A stretch of DNA of 64,000 bases, taken from positions 197,656,001 through 197,720,000 of the forward strand of contig NC_042998.1 of the NCBI RefSeq assembly GCF_006345805.1. The letters run 5' to 3'. The notes beneath the pieces were generated by a model that saw only the letters and a program-made list of their open reading frames with translations, was not told where the DNA came from and made no database searches. The translations under genes were made by a program, and so were the position numbers. This document shows positions 24,857-38,287 of the stretch, piece after piece. How positions within the stretch are numbered: position 1 is the stretch's first letter; every line of letters begins with the position of its first letter. The stretch comes from Octopus sinensis. Lineage: Eukaryota.

Positions 24857-25937
24857 TTATAAATATAATTAGAGATTGTTTTAATCCCATGATGGGATAG
24901 ATTCCTCCAATGAAATACAAGTTCAATATCTAGTATTTTGGAGAAATGAATTTCCTTAAAATAATAGGTACCGTAAATCCTCGAGTATTATCCGCATTTT
25001 TTTCAAAATTTAAAGCTCAAAAAATCCCTTGTGCGTACTATATACGAGGTTAAAAATGAAATTATTTTCTAAGCATGTCCGAGTCTATTTGCTGTCCGGA
25101 AATGTTTATTCAGATGCATTTCGTAATATTTGGCGCGAAAATACCTTAAACCATCCATAACTTGCAGTTAGCCAAACTTATTAAATGTTATTACTGTTAT
25201 TTCTTTATTTTCTGCAAAATGCACAAAAAAGCTACACGTTTGCATTATGTTATATATACAATAATAATAAAGGACGTTACCATATACATTTTTACAAACC
25301 AAGGACGTTATATAGACCTCCTTGACTCAAGATAGAGTGGGGCTGCGAATTATACACAAGGTTTAAGTTTTTTAGAGGTACAGCCCCCTAAAACTTCCTT
25401 GCGTATTATACTCAAGTGCGGACTCGAGAATTCACGGTATATATATAAACACAGTTTGATCTATTTAAAAGAAGCGAAGGAAATGGAGGTCAGGAAGTTA
25501 ATAACTGTTTATTAGTAATAGCAAATTGATCATCTTCACTTACAGCCGTTTCTATTAATGCTCAATAAACATTAAATTTACATTTATGCGACACGAGCAC
25601 AATATCATCAGAGGTAAAAGATATAAATTTGGATGTTATAAATGTGCTAATGAACTCATTTTAGCAGACTGAAAGTTACAATTTATGGTTTGTATTGTTA
25701 TATGCTCGGGCGAGGGGTTTACAGGTCGATTAGAGATAAAGCAGAATGGGCAAATAAAATTAGAAACAATAAATAAAGTAAGCAGAGATGATAGAGGAAA
25801 GTGAAATGTAAATAAGGTAAATTTATGGTAATAAAAGAATGAATATTCATTTATAAAGTATGAATAAAATTTCAAAAAAATCATATATGAGCATGTACGT
25901 ATATTATATATATTATATATATATAATATATATATAT

Positions 25938-26037
25938 NNNNNNNNNNNNNNNNNNNNNNNNNNNNNNNNNNNNNNNNNNNNNNNNNNNNNNNNNNNNNNN
26001 NNNNNNNNNNNNNNNNNNNNNNNNNNNNNNNNNNNNN
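25938..26037. other. Assembly gap (100 N)
   Basis: Run of 100 N, the usual placeholder for an unsized gap. Confidence 0.98.
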
Positions 26038-26447
26038 GCTTTTTTGTGAATTTTGCAGAAAAAATAAAGAAATAACAATAATAACGTTTAATAAATGTTG
26101 CTAACTGAAAGTTATGGATGGTTTAAGGTATTTTCCGCGCCCATATCACGAAATGCGTCTGAATAAGCATTGCCGGACAGCAATAGAGACTCGTACATTG
26201 CTTAGAAAATATTTTTCATTTTTAACCTCGTATATAGTACGCCCTAGGGATTTTGAGTTTTTAATTTGAAATGGGAAAAAATGCGGATAATACTCGAGAT
26301 ATACGGTCCTATTATTTTAAGGAAATTCTTTCCCCAAAGTACTAGATATTGAACAGGTATTTCCTTGATGAATATACGTACATGCCCATATATAATTGTT
26401 AAAAAACTTATACCTACTTTATATATTAGTAATTCATTCTCTTATTA

Positions 26448-26516
<69 letters not shown>

Positions 26517-28761
26517 CTATATATATATATATATAATATATATATGTATATGTATATATATATATTATAGACATATATATATATATATCCATATATACAT
26601 ATATATATATATACTTATACATACTATGAGGTTAGTAGAGTTTAGAGGTTGGAATAACCGCCAAGGGATAAAAATACCTGTTATACTACCGGTGTAATTA
26701 ACTATGTTAACCCTGGAGTACCTATGCAACGCTCATAGGTTACAGGTTAATGACAAAGATAAGTACGAGTTTATCAGGGATCAATTTAAAGTAAACAGAA
26801 ATGGAGAATAGTGATAAACACCATCGACTAACATCAAGTATTACTTCTTAATTCAATACAAAAGACTCTATACCATCTAACAGCTGTTTCTGCTCCCAAT
26901 TTTATATGGTATTGCCTTTGAAGAGTCTAAAAGTAATATTCATCATATTTTGGTAATACTTAGATCTAGAACATTGAACTTCAGAGGGAAAAAAATACAC
27001 ACAATATAAAAAAAGAAAAAGAAGAGCCTCGAGAAGATGAAACGTTTAATACATTAATGACACCATTTTATTGTATCGCAAGTAATATTTGATGTTAGTC
27101 AATTCTCGTCGATCAATATTTCTTCATATTTTGTTTACTTCATATATATATATACATATAAATATATGAATATAGATAATAATACACACAATATATATAT
27201 ACTATATATGTAGATAATTGGTGTATATATACATATATATTGATTAGATAGATACATCTATATACCCGTAAGTATACATAGATTCGCACTTAAACATACA
27301 TCCGTGCTTACATATATATACGTATACATACACATACATGCAGAAACATGTATGCACATTCACTCCCACACGTTTGCACTTGCTCATATAGGTGTTGTAT
27401 TCAACTTACCCATGTCCCCTATATATAACATACATATTTATATTTAAATCTATACCTAAAAGTGAAAGGAAGAAAAACAATTCACCACCTGAGGTCGAAA
27501 ATTTAGGGGCGCTGGGAAACTTATCTAATGAACTTTTGAGCACGCCAGCACGCTTGCAGCGTTGCCGCGGGGGACTGCACGATCATAGTGTGTGTGTTTG
27601 TATATTGGTATATATATATATATATATTATTATATATATTATGTGTGTGTGTGTGTGTTTTGTGTTGTGTGTTGTTTTAAATATAATTAGAGTTGTGTTT
27701 TAATCCCACAGTGGGATAGATTCCTCCAATGAATACAAGTTCAATATCTAGTATTTTGGAGAAATGAATTTCCTTAAATAATAGGTACCGTAATCCTCGA
27801 GTATTATCCGCATTTTTTTTCAAAATTAAAAGCTCAAAAGCCCTTGTGCGTACTATATACGAGGTTTAAAAATGAAATTATTTTCTAAGCAATGTCCGAG
27901 TCTCTATTTGCTGTCCGGAAATGTTTATTCAGATGCATTCGTAATATTTGGCGCGAAAATACCTTAAACCATCCATAACTTGCATTAGCCAAACTTATTA
28001 AATGTTATTACTGTTATTTCTTTTATTTTCTGCAAAATGCACAAAAAGCTACACGTTTGCATTATGTTTTATATACAATATAATAAAGGACGTTACCATA
28101 TACATTTTACAAACCAAGGACGTTTATATAGACCTCCTTGACTCAAAAATAGAGTGGGCTGCGAATTATACACAAGTTTAAGTTTTTTTTAGAGGTACAG
28201 CCCCCTAAAACTTCCTGCGTATTATACTCAATTGCGGACTCGAGAATTCACGGTATATATATAAACACAGTTTGATCTATTTAAAAGAAGCGAAGGAAAT
28301 GGAGGTCAGAAGTTAATATAACTGTTTATTAGTAATAGCCAAATTGATCATCTTCACTTACACCGTTCTATTAATGCTCAATAAACATTAAATTTACATT
28401 TATGCGACACGAGCACATATCATCAGAGGTAAAAGATATAAATTTGGGATGTTATAAATGTGCTAATGAACTCATTTTAGCAGACGAAAGTTACAATTTA
28501 TGGTTTGTATTGTTATATGCTCGGCGAGGGGTTTTACAGGTCGATTAGAGATAAAGCAGAATGGGCAAATAAAATTAGAAACATAAATAAGTAAGCAGAG
28601 ATGATAGAGGAAAGTGAAATGTAAATAAGGTAAATTTATTGGTAAAAAAAGAATGAAATATTCATTTATAAAGTATGAATAAAATTTCCAAAAATCATAT
28701 ATGAGCATGTACGTATATTAGATATATCATCTATATATATTATATATATATATATTATATA

Positions 28762-28798
<37 letters not shown>

Positions 28799-28851
28799 AG
28801 ATATAGATGTATATATATATATATATATATTATATTATTATATATACATAG

Positions 28852-28888
<37 letters not shown>

Positions 28889-28889
28889 C

Positions 28890-30893
28890 AAAAAGCAATA
28901 AAGATTCAAGTTAATTAAATGGATTTACTTGATAGGTACCTAACTGAGATGCAACCAAAAAAAACTATACTGTTTTAACAATACAGTAATGTGGGGTGAT
29001 TATAAGCGAGAAAGAAGCACAGAATGGATAGGTTTTTTAGTACAATCGTTTCATACAAGGACAGGCTTATTAAAAGTTGTAAAATTACACAATAAAACGT
29101 GTCCCGTACTCATCAGCTAAAATACATGTGAGTTCTCTATACATCCTAGTGGTGAGGCTTACTCATGAAGTAATGTAGATAATTAGTAACATAAACAGAT
29201 TTCCAACTATGCTCCATGGAGACGTGGAATTCTAAAGCATAGAAACATAGTAACTTATTGAATATCATATCGAAAACTAGTCAGAGTTGTGTCCACGCTA
29301 ATTGAAGACTTAAAATATTTTAAATGATTAGAATATCCGTACTATATAGATAGATATACTTGATCTCTACTAGTATAGCACTGCTTAAGTAGATAACTAA
29401 GAGTTCTCAACTACAGTTATCTTTTTCCTTATATCTGCACCAGTTTTTTGAGAACAGGGAAGTGAATAGTACTTATACGCTGCTTAATTAGGCTTTATTT
29501 AATTTCAAACTCATAATTTTTAAATTCTTAATTTAAATCTTAATTGTAATTTTTTAATTTTAATTCCTAACTTAATCTAATTTAAGTAGCATAACTCTAA
29601 AAATAAAATGAGATACTATAGCCCCATAATTCTATTTCAAAATAAATAAATAAGGCTACCCCCTCGGTGATAATATGATTACTTCATTATGATAGACAAT
29701 CCCCTAACACCTTGTAAATGATCTTCTAAGATTTGACCTGTAGTCCGTCAATGTATGAATAATAACGGCAACTCCTTAAGACAATAAAATGAATAAATTA
29801 AATAAGTAAGTTTTATTGACTTTTTGATAAGATTATACTTAGATTTTCCTAATGTATTTTTCTTTTGATTTAGCATCTGACCCCTAAACCCCTGACTGTG
29901 TTATCTCTTTAGATTCTCTTTAAATTCATAACTGATTTCAACGCAATAAATTAGCTGTTTTTTACTGGCCAAAGAATATATTCTCCTCTAGTTCCTAGAT
30001 GCCTAAATTAAAACCAGACTTGCCGTCTACTAATTCGTCTGTATAACTAGAACCCTCTTTTTTATTTTTATTTTTTCCTTCTTTCCCATTTCTTTCTCTT
30101 TTCTCTTTTTTTTTCCTGTCTTCTTCTTATTCTCTTTTTTCCTTTTCTCTTCTCTTTAGTCCCCTCCCCCCCCTTTTTTTTTTGATCCCTCCTCCTTTCT
30201 TTTCTCTCTTTTCTTCTATTCCCTTCCCTTTCTCTTCTGGCCTCTCTAGAATGCCCTTCAGCCTTTAAAATTAAATAGCTACAGCCTCTTGTAAATAGCA
30301 GTAATGTATTAATGTAGCAATACCTAATCATATAACAAGTTTTTGATACCTACCTCATTGTGTTCACCCATTGATAAATTTATCGCGCTGTGAATATGAA
30401 ATTCCTCTTCATTTCTCCGGAAACTTACTCTACACCATTGGAAATTGTGCATCTATAAAAGGATTAATTCACCCTCTCTGTAATGCTAATAAGCAGGAAT
30501 TGAGAACCCATCTCGTTGTGATTAACCATGGATAAATTTGTCTTCTGTGAGTATGTAATCCCTCATCATATCTCTGGAAATTCATATGTGCTCTATGGAT
30601 TAGGTCACCTTCTCCTGTGATGCTAATAGAACTTTTTTAAAATTCTGTGATAAGACTGTACAATCCATCTTAAAGAACTTTAATGACTTTGGAAATCTGT
30701 TTATGTTACTTTTATCTACATTTACTTCATGATTATAGCCTCAACCACTAGGATGTCTAGAGAACTCACATGTATTTTACTGATGATACGGGACACGTTT
30801 TATATGCTGTAATTTTTACAACTTTTAATAAAGCCTGTCCTTGTAATGAACGATTGTACTAAAACCTATCCATTCTTGTTGCTTCTTTCTCGC

Positions 30894-30897
<4 letters not shown>
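28890..30897. mobile_element. Penelope-like insertion bounded by inverted pseudo-LTRs with hammerhead motifs
   Basis: Arms ~29002-29180 and ~30712-30897. Left-arm reverse complement ttttag-CTGATGA-gtac...gtat-GAAAC-gatt-GTA-ctaaaa. Flanked by (TA)n. Confidence 0.7.
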
Positions 30898-30937
<40 letters not shown>

Positions 30938-30941
30938 TATA

Positions 30942-30979
<38 letters not shown>

Positions 30980-31004
30980 TATATATATATAGTATAATAT
31001 ATAT

Positions 31005-31860
31005 TATAATAAATATTAGGGAATAAATCCAAATTTACAGGAAAAAAATCAGATTTAGGTTTAATCCAATTTTATAGTAAAATATTATATATATAATTCG
31101 AGACAAAACCACTATTTTGCAAAACAAACAAGAAAAGACTTAATCATACATAAACATTTTTAATATAAGAAATAAACCTCCACTACAATCGTTTTCATGT
31201 CTTCAATGACTTCGTCAGGTGGATTTTCGATCTCCTAATCAGGAATCAGATTTAAAGGAAGCAGAAAATGGAGAAACATTGATAAACAACAATTGACTAA
31301 CATCAAGTATTAACCTTGGACATACCTATGCAAGCATATTATGTTCATAGGTTGCAGGTAATGACAAAGATAAGCAAGAGTTTATCATGAATCAGATTTA
31401 AAGGAAGCAGAAAATGGAGAAACATTGATAAACAACAATTGACTAACATCAAATATTACTTCTTAATTCAATACAAATAGACTCTATACCATCTAACAGC
31501 TGCTTCCGCTTCCAATGTTATATGGTATTGCCCTGAAGAAGCTAAAAGTAATATTCATAATATCTGGTAATACTTAGATCTAGATCATTGAACTTCAGAG
31601 GGAAGAAAAATACACACAATAAAAAAGAAAAAAAAGAAAGCCTCGAGAAGTAGATGAAAGGATTAATAGAATTAAATGCACATGTTGATTGTATCGCAAG
31701 TAATAATTAAAACAGATTAGGAGATCGAAAATCCACCTGACGAATGTCATTGAAGACATGAACGATTGTAGTGGCGGTTTATTTCTTTATATTAACATTT
31801 TTATGTATTGATTAAGTCTTCCGTTTGTGTTTTGCAAAATAGTGGTTTTGTCTCGAATTA
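31005..31860. mobile_element. Inverted Penelope-type pseudo-LTR pair (31096-31240 / 31715-31859) enclosing a copy of array module Y
   Basis: Hammerhead ccac-CTGACGA-atgtc..gacat-GAA(A)C-gatt-GTA-gtgg at 31733-31774 and its mirror at 31180-31222. Confidence 0.75.
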
Positions 31861-32548
31861 ATTATATATATATGTATATTATATATATATTATGTATGTG
31901 AAGTTAGTAGAGATAGAGGTTGGAATAACCGCCAAAGGGATAAAAATACCTGTTATACTACCGGTGTAATTACCTATGTTAACCTTGGACATACCTATGC
32001 AAGCATATTATGTTCATAGGTTGCAGGTAATGACAAAGATAAGCAAAAGTTTATCATGAATCAGATTTAAAGGAAGCAGAAAATGGAGAAACATTGATAA
32101 ACAACAATTGACTAACATCAAATATTACTTCTTAATTCAATACAAATAGACTCTATACCATCTAACAGCTGTTTCCGCTTCCAATGTTATATGGTATTGC
32201 CTTTGAAGAAGCTAAAAGTAATATTCATCATATTTAGTAATACTTAGATCTAGAACGTTGAAGTTCAGACGGAAGAAAAATACACACAATAAAAAAGAAA
32301 AAAAAGAAGAACCTCGAGAAGTAGATGAAAGGATTAATAGAATTAAATGGCACCATTTTGCTTGTATCGCAAGTAATAATTGATGTTAATCAATTCTTTT
32401 GATCAATATTTCTTCATATTTTGTTTACTTCATATATATATATGAAGTAACAAACTATGAGAAATATATATACACATATATAATATATACATATATATGT
32501 ATATACATAATGTGTATATATTTAATATATTCATATAATATAAATAGC

Positions 32549-32582
<34 letters not shown>

Positions 32583-34909
32583 ATATATATAATATATATA
32601 TATATATATATAATATATATATATATTGATTATAGATAGATACACATATATGCCCGTAAGTATACATAGATTCGCACTTAAACATACATCCGTGCATAGA
32701 CATATATACTTACACATACACATACATGCAGAAACAGGTATGCACATTCACTCCCACACGTTTGCACTTGCTCATATATGTGTATAATGTGTGTGTATTC
32801 AACTTACCCATGTCCCCTATATATAAACATACATATTTATATTTGAATATATACATAAGAGTGAAAGGAAGAAAAACAATTCACCACCTGAGGTCGAAAA
32901 TTTAGGGCGCTGGGAAACTTATCTATGACTTTTGAGGCACGCCAGCACGCTTGCAGCGTTGCCGCAGGGACGGCAAGATACATATGTATGTGTGTATAAG
33001 TGTATATATATATATATATGTGTGTGTGTGTATGTGTATATGTGTGTGTGTTTGTGTGTGTGTGTGTTTGTGTGTGTTTGTGTGTGTGTGTGTTTGTGTG
33101 TGTTTGTGTGTGTGTGTGTTTATAAATATAATTAGAGATTGTTTTTATCTCATGATGAGATAGATTCCCCCAATGAAATACAAGTTCAATATCTAGTATT
33201 TTGGAGAAATTAATTTCCTCAAAATAATAGGTACCGTATATCCTCGAGTATTATCCGCATTTTCTTCCAAAATTTAAAGCTCAAAATCCCTAGTGCGTAC
33301 TATATACGAGGTTAAAAATGAAAATTATTTTCTAAGCAATGTCCGAGTCTCTATTTGCTGTCCGGAAATGTTTATTCAGATGCATTTCGTGATATTGGGC
33401 GCGAAAATACCTTAAACCATTCATAACTTGCAGTTAGCAACATTTATTAAACATTATTACTGTTATTTCTTTATTTTCTGCAAAATGCACAAAAAAGCTA
33501 CATGTTTGCATTATGTTATATATACAATAATAATAAAGGACGTTACCGTATGCATTTTTACAAACCAAGGACGTTATATTGACCTCCTTGACTCAAGATA
33601 GAGAAAGGGTGCATATTATGCAAAAGGTTTAGGTTTTTCAGACGTACAGCCCCGTAAAAATCCCCAGCGTATTATACTCAAGGGCTAAATCGAAGATTTA
33701 CGGTATATATAAAAACATAGTTTTTATCTATTTAAAAGAAGCGAAAGAAATGGAGGTTAGGAAGATAATAATTGGTTATAATTAATAGCAAATTGATCAG
33801 CTTCCCTTACAACCGTTTCTATTAATACTCAAAAAACATTAAATTTACATTTATGTGACACGAGCACAATATCACCAGAGGCAAAAGATATAAATTTGGA
33901 TGTTATAAATGTGCTAATGAATTCATTTTAGCAGACTGAATGTTACAATTTATGGTTTGTATTGTTATATGCTCGGACGAGGGGTTTACAGGTTGATTAG
34001 AGGTAAAGTAGAATGGGCAAATAAAATTAGAACCATAAATAAAGTAAATAGAGATGATAGAAGAAAGTGAAGTGTAAATAAGCTAAAGTTAGTGGTAAGA
34101 AAAGAATGAAATATTTATTTATAAAATATGAATTAAATTCTAAAAAAATCATATATGAGCATGTACGTATATTATATACATATGTATATGAAGTTAGTAG
34201 AGATAGAGGTTGGAATAACCGCCAAAGGGATAAAAATACCTGTTATACTACCGGTGTAATTACCTATGTTAACCCTGGGCGTACCTATGCAAGCATTTTA
34301 TGCTCATAGGTTACAGGTAATGACAAAGATAAGTACGAGTTTATCATGAATCAAAATTAAAGTAAGCAGAAAATAGAGAAATATTGATAAACAACAATCG
34401 ACTAACATCAAGTATTACTTCTTAATTCAATACAAATAGACTCTATGCCATCTAACAGCTGTTTCTGCTCCCAATTTTATATGGTATTGCCTTTGAAGAG
34501 TCTAAAATTAATATTCATCATATTTGGTAATACTTAGATCTAGAACATTGAACTTCAGAGGGAAGAAAAATACACACAATAAAAAAGAAAAAGAAAAGAA
34601 GATAAAACGCTTAATACATTTAAATGACACCATTTTGATTGTGTCGCAAGTAATATTTGATGTTAATCAATTCTTGTTGATCAATATTTCTTCATATTTT
34701 GTTTACTTTGTAATATATATATATATATATATATTGATTAGATAGATACACATACATACCCGTACATATACATAGATTCTCACTTAAACATACATTTATC
34801 CATACATACACATACATGCAATAACAGGTATGTACATTCACATCCACACGTTTGCATATACTCATATATGTGTATATCTGTGTGTATTCAACTTACCCAT
34901 CTCCCCTAT

Positions 34910-35322
34910 GTGGGTGTGTGGTAAGTAGCTTGCTAACCAGCCACATGGTTCCGGGTTCAGTCCCACTGCGCGGCATCTTGGGCAAGTGTCTTCTGCTATA
35001 GCCCCGGGCCAACCAATGCCTTGTGAGTGGATTTGGTAGATGGAAACTGAAAGAAGCCTGTCGTATATATGTATATATATGTATGTATGTGTGGTATATG
35101 TTTTGTGTGTCTGTGTTTGTCCCTTCTAGCATGCTTGACAACCGATGCTGGTGGTGTTTACGTCCCCCGTCACTTAGCGGTTCGGCAAAAGAGACCGATA
35201 GAATAAGTACTGGGCTTACAAAAGAATAAGTCCCGGGTCAAGTTACTCGATTAAAAGGCGGTGCTCCAGCATGGCCGCAGTCAAATGACTGAAACAAGTA
35301 AAAGAGTAAAAGAGTAAAAGAG
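34910..35322 (+). mobile_element. SINE family D inserted into module W of one array copy
   Basis: Module W resumes after 35322; the SINE is absent from the other copies. Confidence 0.85.
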
Positions 35323-35516
35323 TATACATATTTATATTTAAATATATACATAAAATTGAAAGGAAGAAAAACAATCCACACCTTGGGTCGAAAATTCAGG
35401 GCGCTGGGAAACTTATCTAATGACATCTGAGGCACGCCAGCACGCTTTACAGCCTGGCGTGGAGTACGGCGAGATACACATGTGGTATGTGTGTGTTCTG
35501 AGATTTATCATTGTTA

Positions 35517-35580
<64 letters not shown>

Positions 35581-35582
35581 AT

Positions 35583-35614
<32 letters not shown>

Positions 35615-35983
35615 GTATATATATATTTATTTTATTTTTATCCCTATATATCATTAATTTTATATTTATAGACATAAGTTACGTAAGAACGTAGTTTCTG
35701 TAAATTTTTCTTTTCATTCGTATTTTTTTTCTCATCTTTATTTTTTATTTTAATTTTGTAATTTTTTATTTGAATTAAATTATGGCTTGTACTGTAGGGT
35801 CCGGCGAACATATTATACACATACTTAATTGTTAAAAAAATTAAAATATAGTTTATAGTATCAAACTATGGGAAAGTGATATAGAGAGGCCTGCTTGTAT
35901 CGCAAGTAATAATTGATGTTAGTCAATTCTTGTGACCAATATTTCTTCATATTTTGTTTACTTCATATATATATATAGATATA

Positions 35984-36031
<48 letters not shown>

Positions 36032-36077
36032 TATAATATACATATATATATATATGAATGTATATAGATATATGCAC

Positions 36078-36108
<31 letters not shown>

Positions 36109-36613
36109 ATATATAGGTATGTATATATTATATATCTATTGATTAGATAGGTATACATATATACCCGTAAGTATACATAGATTCGCACTTAAACATACAT
36201 CCGTGCATAGACATATATACTTACACATACACATACATGCAATAACAGGTATGTACATTCACATCCACACGTTTGCATATACTCATATATGTGTAATCTG
36301 TGTATTCAACTTACCCATCTCCCCTATGTATAAACATACATATTTATATTTGAATATATACATAAAAGTGAAAGGAAGAAAAACAATTCACCACCTTAGG
36401 TTGAAAATTTGGGGGAGCTGGGGGCGCTTTACAGCGTGGCCGCGGGGTACTGCGAGATACATACATGTGTATGTGTGTGTGTATATGTATATATGTATAT
36501 ATATATATATATATATATTTAAGTAGGTGAATGAATATCCTAGTATATTATAATCCGTTAATCGATACCTGGGTAGCAATATTGTTGATCAATATTTCTT
36601 CATATTTTGTTTA

Positions 36614-36672
<59 letters not shown>

Positions 36673-36700
36673 GAATATATATAAATATATGCACACACCC

Positions 36701-36739
<39 letters not shown>

Positions 36740-36774
36740 ATGTAGGTATGTGTGTATATTGCCGGTTGTAATAC

Positions 36775-36835
<61 letters not shown>

Positions 36836-36889
36836 TTAATAATAATAGAAATAATGTACAGGTTAAGACTAACAGTAATATAAACAACA

Positions 36890-37980
36890 ATCATATCATT
36901 AATAATTCAGTCTCGATCTCCGAAGTAAACCCTAACAGATTAAGGTTCTTGTCCAGTAACTCCAAAATTAAAAATACAATTTACAAATGTAGAATTTCTA
37001 CCGGTACCGATGTCTTCTTTTATATTGGGGCAACAACTTCCAAATTATCAGAGAGAATTTCCAATCATTATTCAACGTTCCGAGATAAGAGAAAACAACA
37101 GAGTATAGGACTAAGTAAATTAGTTTGGCGTCTTAAGGACAATAATATAACTTTTAAGCTGGATTGGTCCATATTGTCTGTATCCTTTCCTTTTGATAAG
37201 GGCAGGAAATTTTGCGGAATTTGTATTTCCGAGCTCTTCCATATGATTTTCGCCAAGTTCCCTTTGGTTAACACGTTAACAGAAAAATCCTATAAGTGTA
37301 TGCACTGGCAAAAACACACTTTCCATTCATATAAATGATAATTAATATTGATAATTTCTCTGTTTTAGTATTTAATTTCACGTCCCTTTTATGTCTACTC
37401 CGTTACATAAAACAATGATACTATATGTCACTGGCGTATGTTTATCCTTTCCTTTCTACCTCTCCCTCTCTCTTTCTACGTATCTGTCTCTGTCATACAT
37501 ACGCTCAATCAAACACACAGACATATTTCTCGCTTTACTGCTATATTTATCTGACAACCGTCCCCAACACATACATGGTTACACACATATACATACATAG
37601 ACATAAATGCAGTTATATACACACACTCATACACACACATAAGCAATAACACTTATTAACCAGAGCAAACACACCCGCATCCATATTCATACAGCATGCA
37701 TGCTGTCCCCTTCTTATTTTCATAAATTCCTCTTCCAAACAATTTTGACGTCATTGCTTTTAACGGATTTTTAAAAACACTCATTATCACTGTGATCATT
37801 ATGTAGCAAGCCATAGAAAAGTTTTTGTCCGTCTTGAGGCTGATTGATTTTCTTGTCTTTCCTGATGAGAAGACGGCAAATGCACACTTTATTCCTTCAG
37901 AATTAAGAATAAGCAGTCTTCGAAACATGTGTTGAAAGTAAAGGAATTGTGTTAAAATCTTCGTCGGTTCGACTCCATAT
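36890..37980 (+). mobile_element. Penelope-like element 3' end: GIY-YIG ORF (36949-37338) + pseudo-LTR
   Basis: TIYKCRI...FYIGATT..LSERISNH...LSKLVWRLKD..LDWSIL..CGICISE..CMH; hammerhead downstream. Confidence 0.9.
37857..37938 (+). ncRNA. Type I hammerhead ribozyme, intact core
   Basis: ctttc-CTGATGA-gaagac...gtcttc-GAAAC-atgt-GTT-gaaag; stems I and II pair perfectly. Confidence 0.8.
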
Positions 37981-38034
37981 TTATATATATATATATATAT
38001 TATATATATATATATAATATATATAATATAATAT

Positions 38035-38287
38035 CACTTTGAATCACTTTGACCGACCAGTCCGTCAGGCGTCCATTTGACACCGCTGGTCACAGCACGC
38101 TGTCCACTCCTCTCTGGATCGCGCCTTTCTCATCCACGTGATCCCAATCGTCCTCCTGAAATCGTAATTCCACCGTCGTGGAGGTCTTCCGGGTGGTCTT
38201 TTCCGCTCACGCGGATACCGATCGACAGCTGCGTGCGTCCACCGATTATCGGTGAGCCGGGCGACGTGTCCAGCCCATCTATACTTG
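38035..38287 (-). mobile_element. RTE LINE 3' end (same family as 14920-15170)
   Basis: Near-identical to 14920-15170. Confidence 0.85.
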
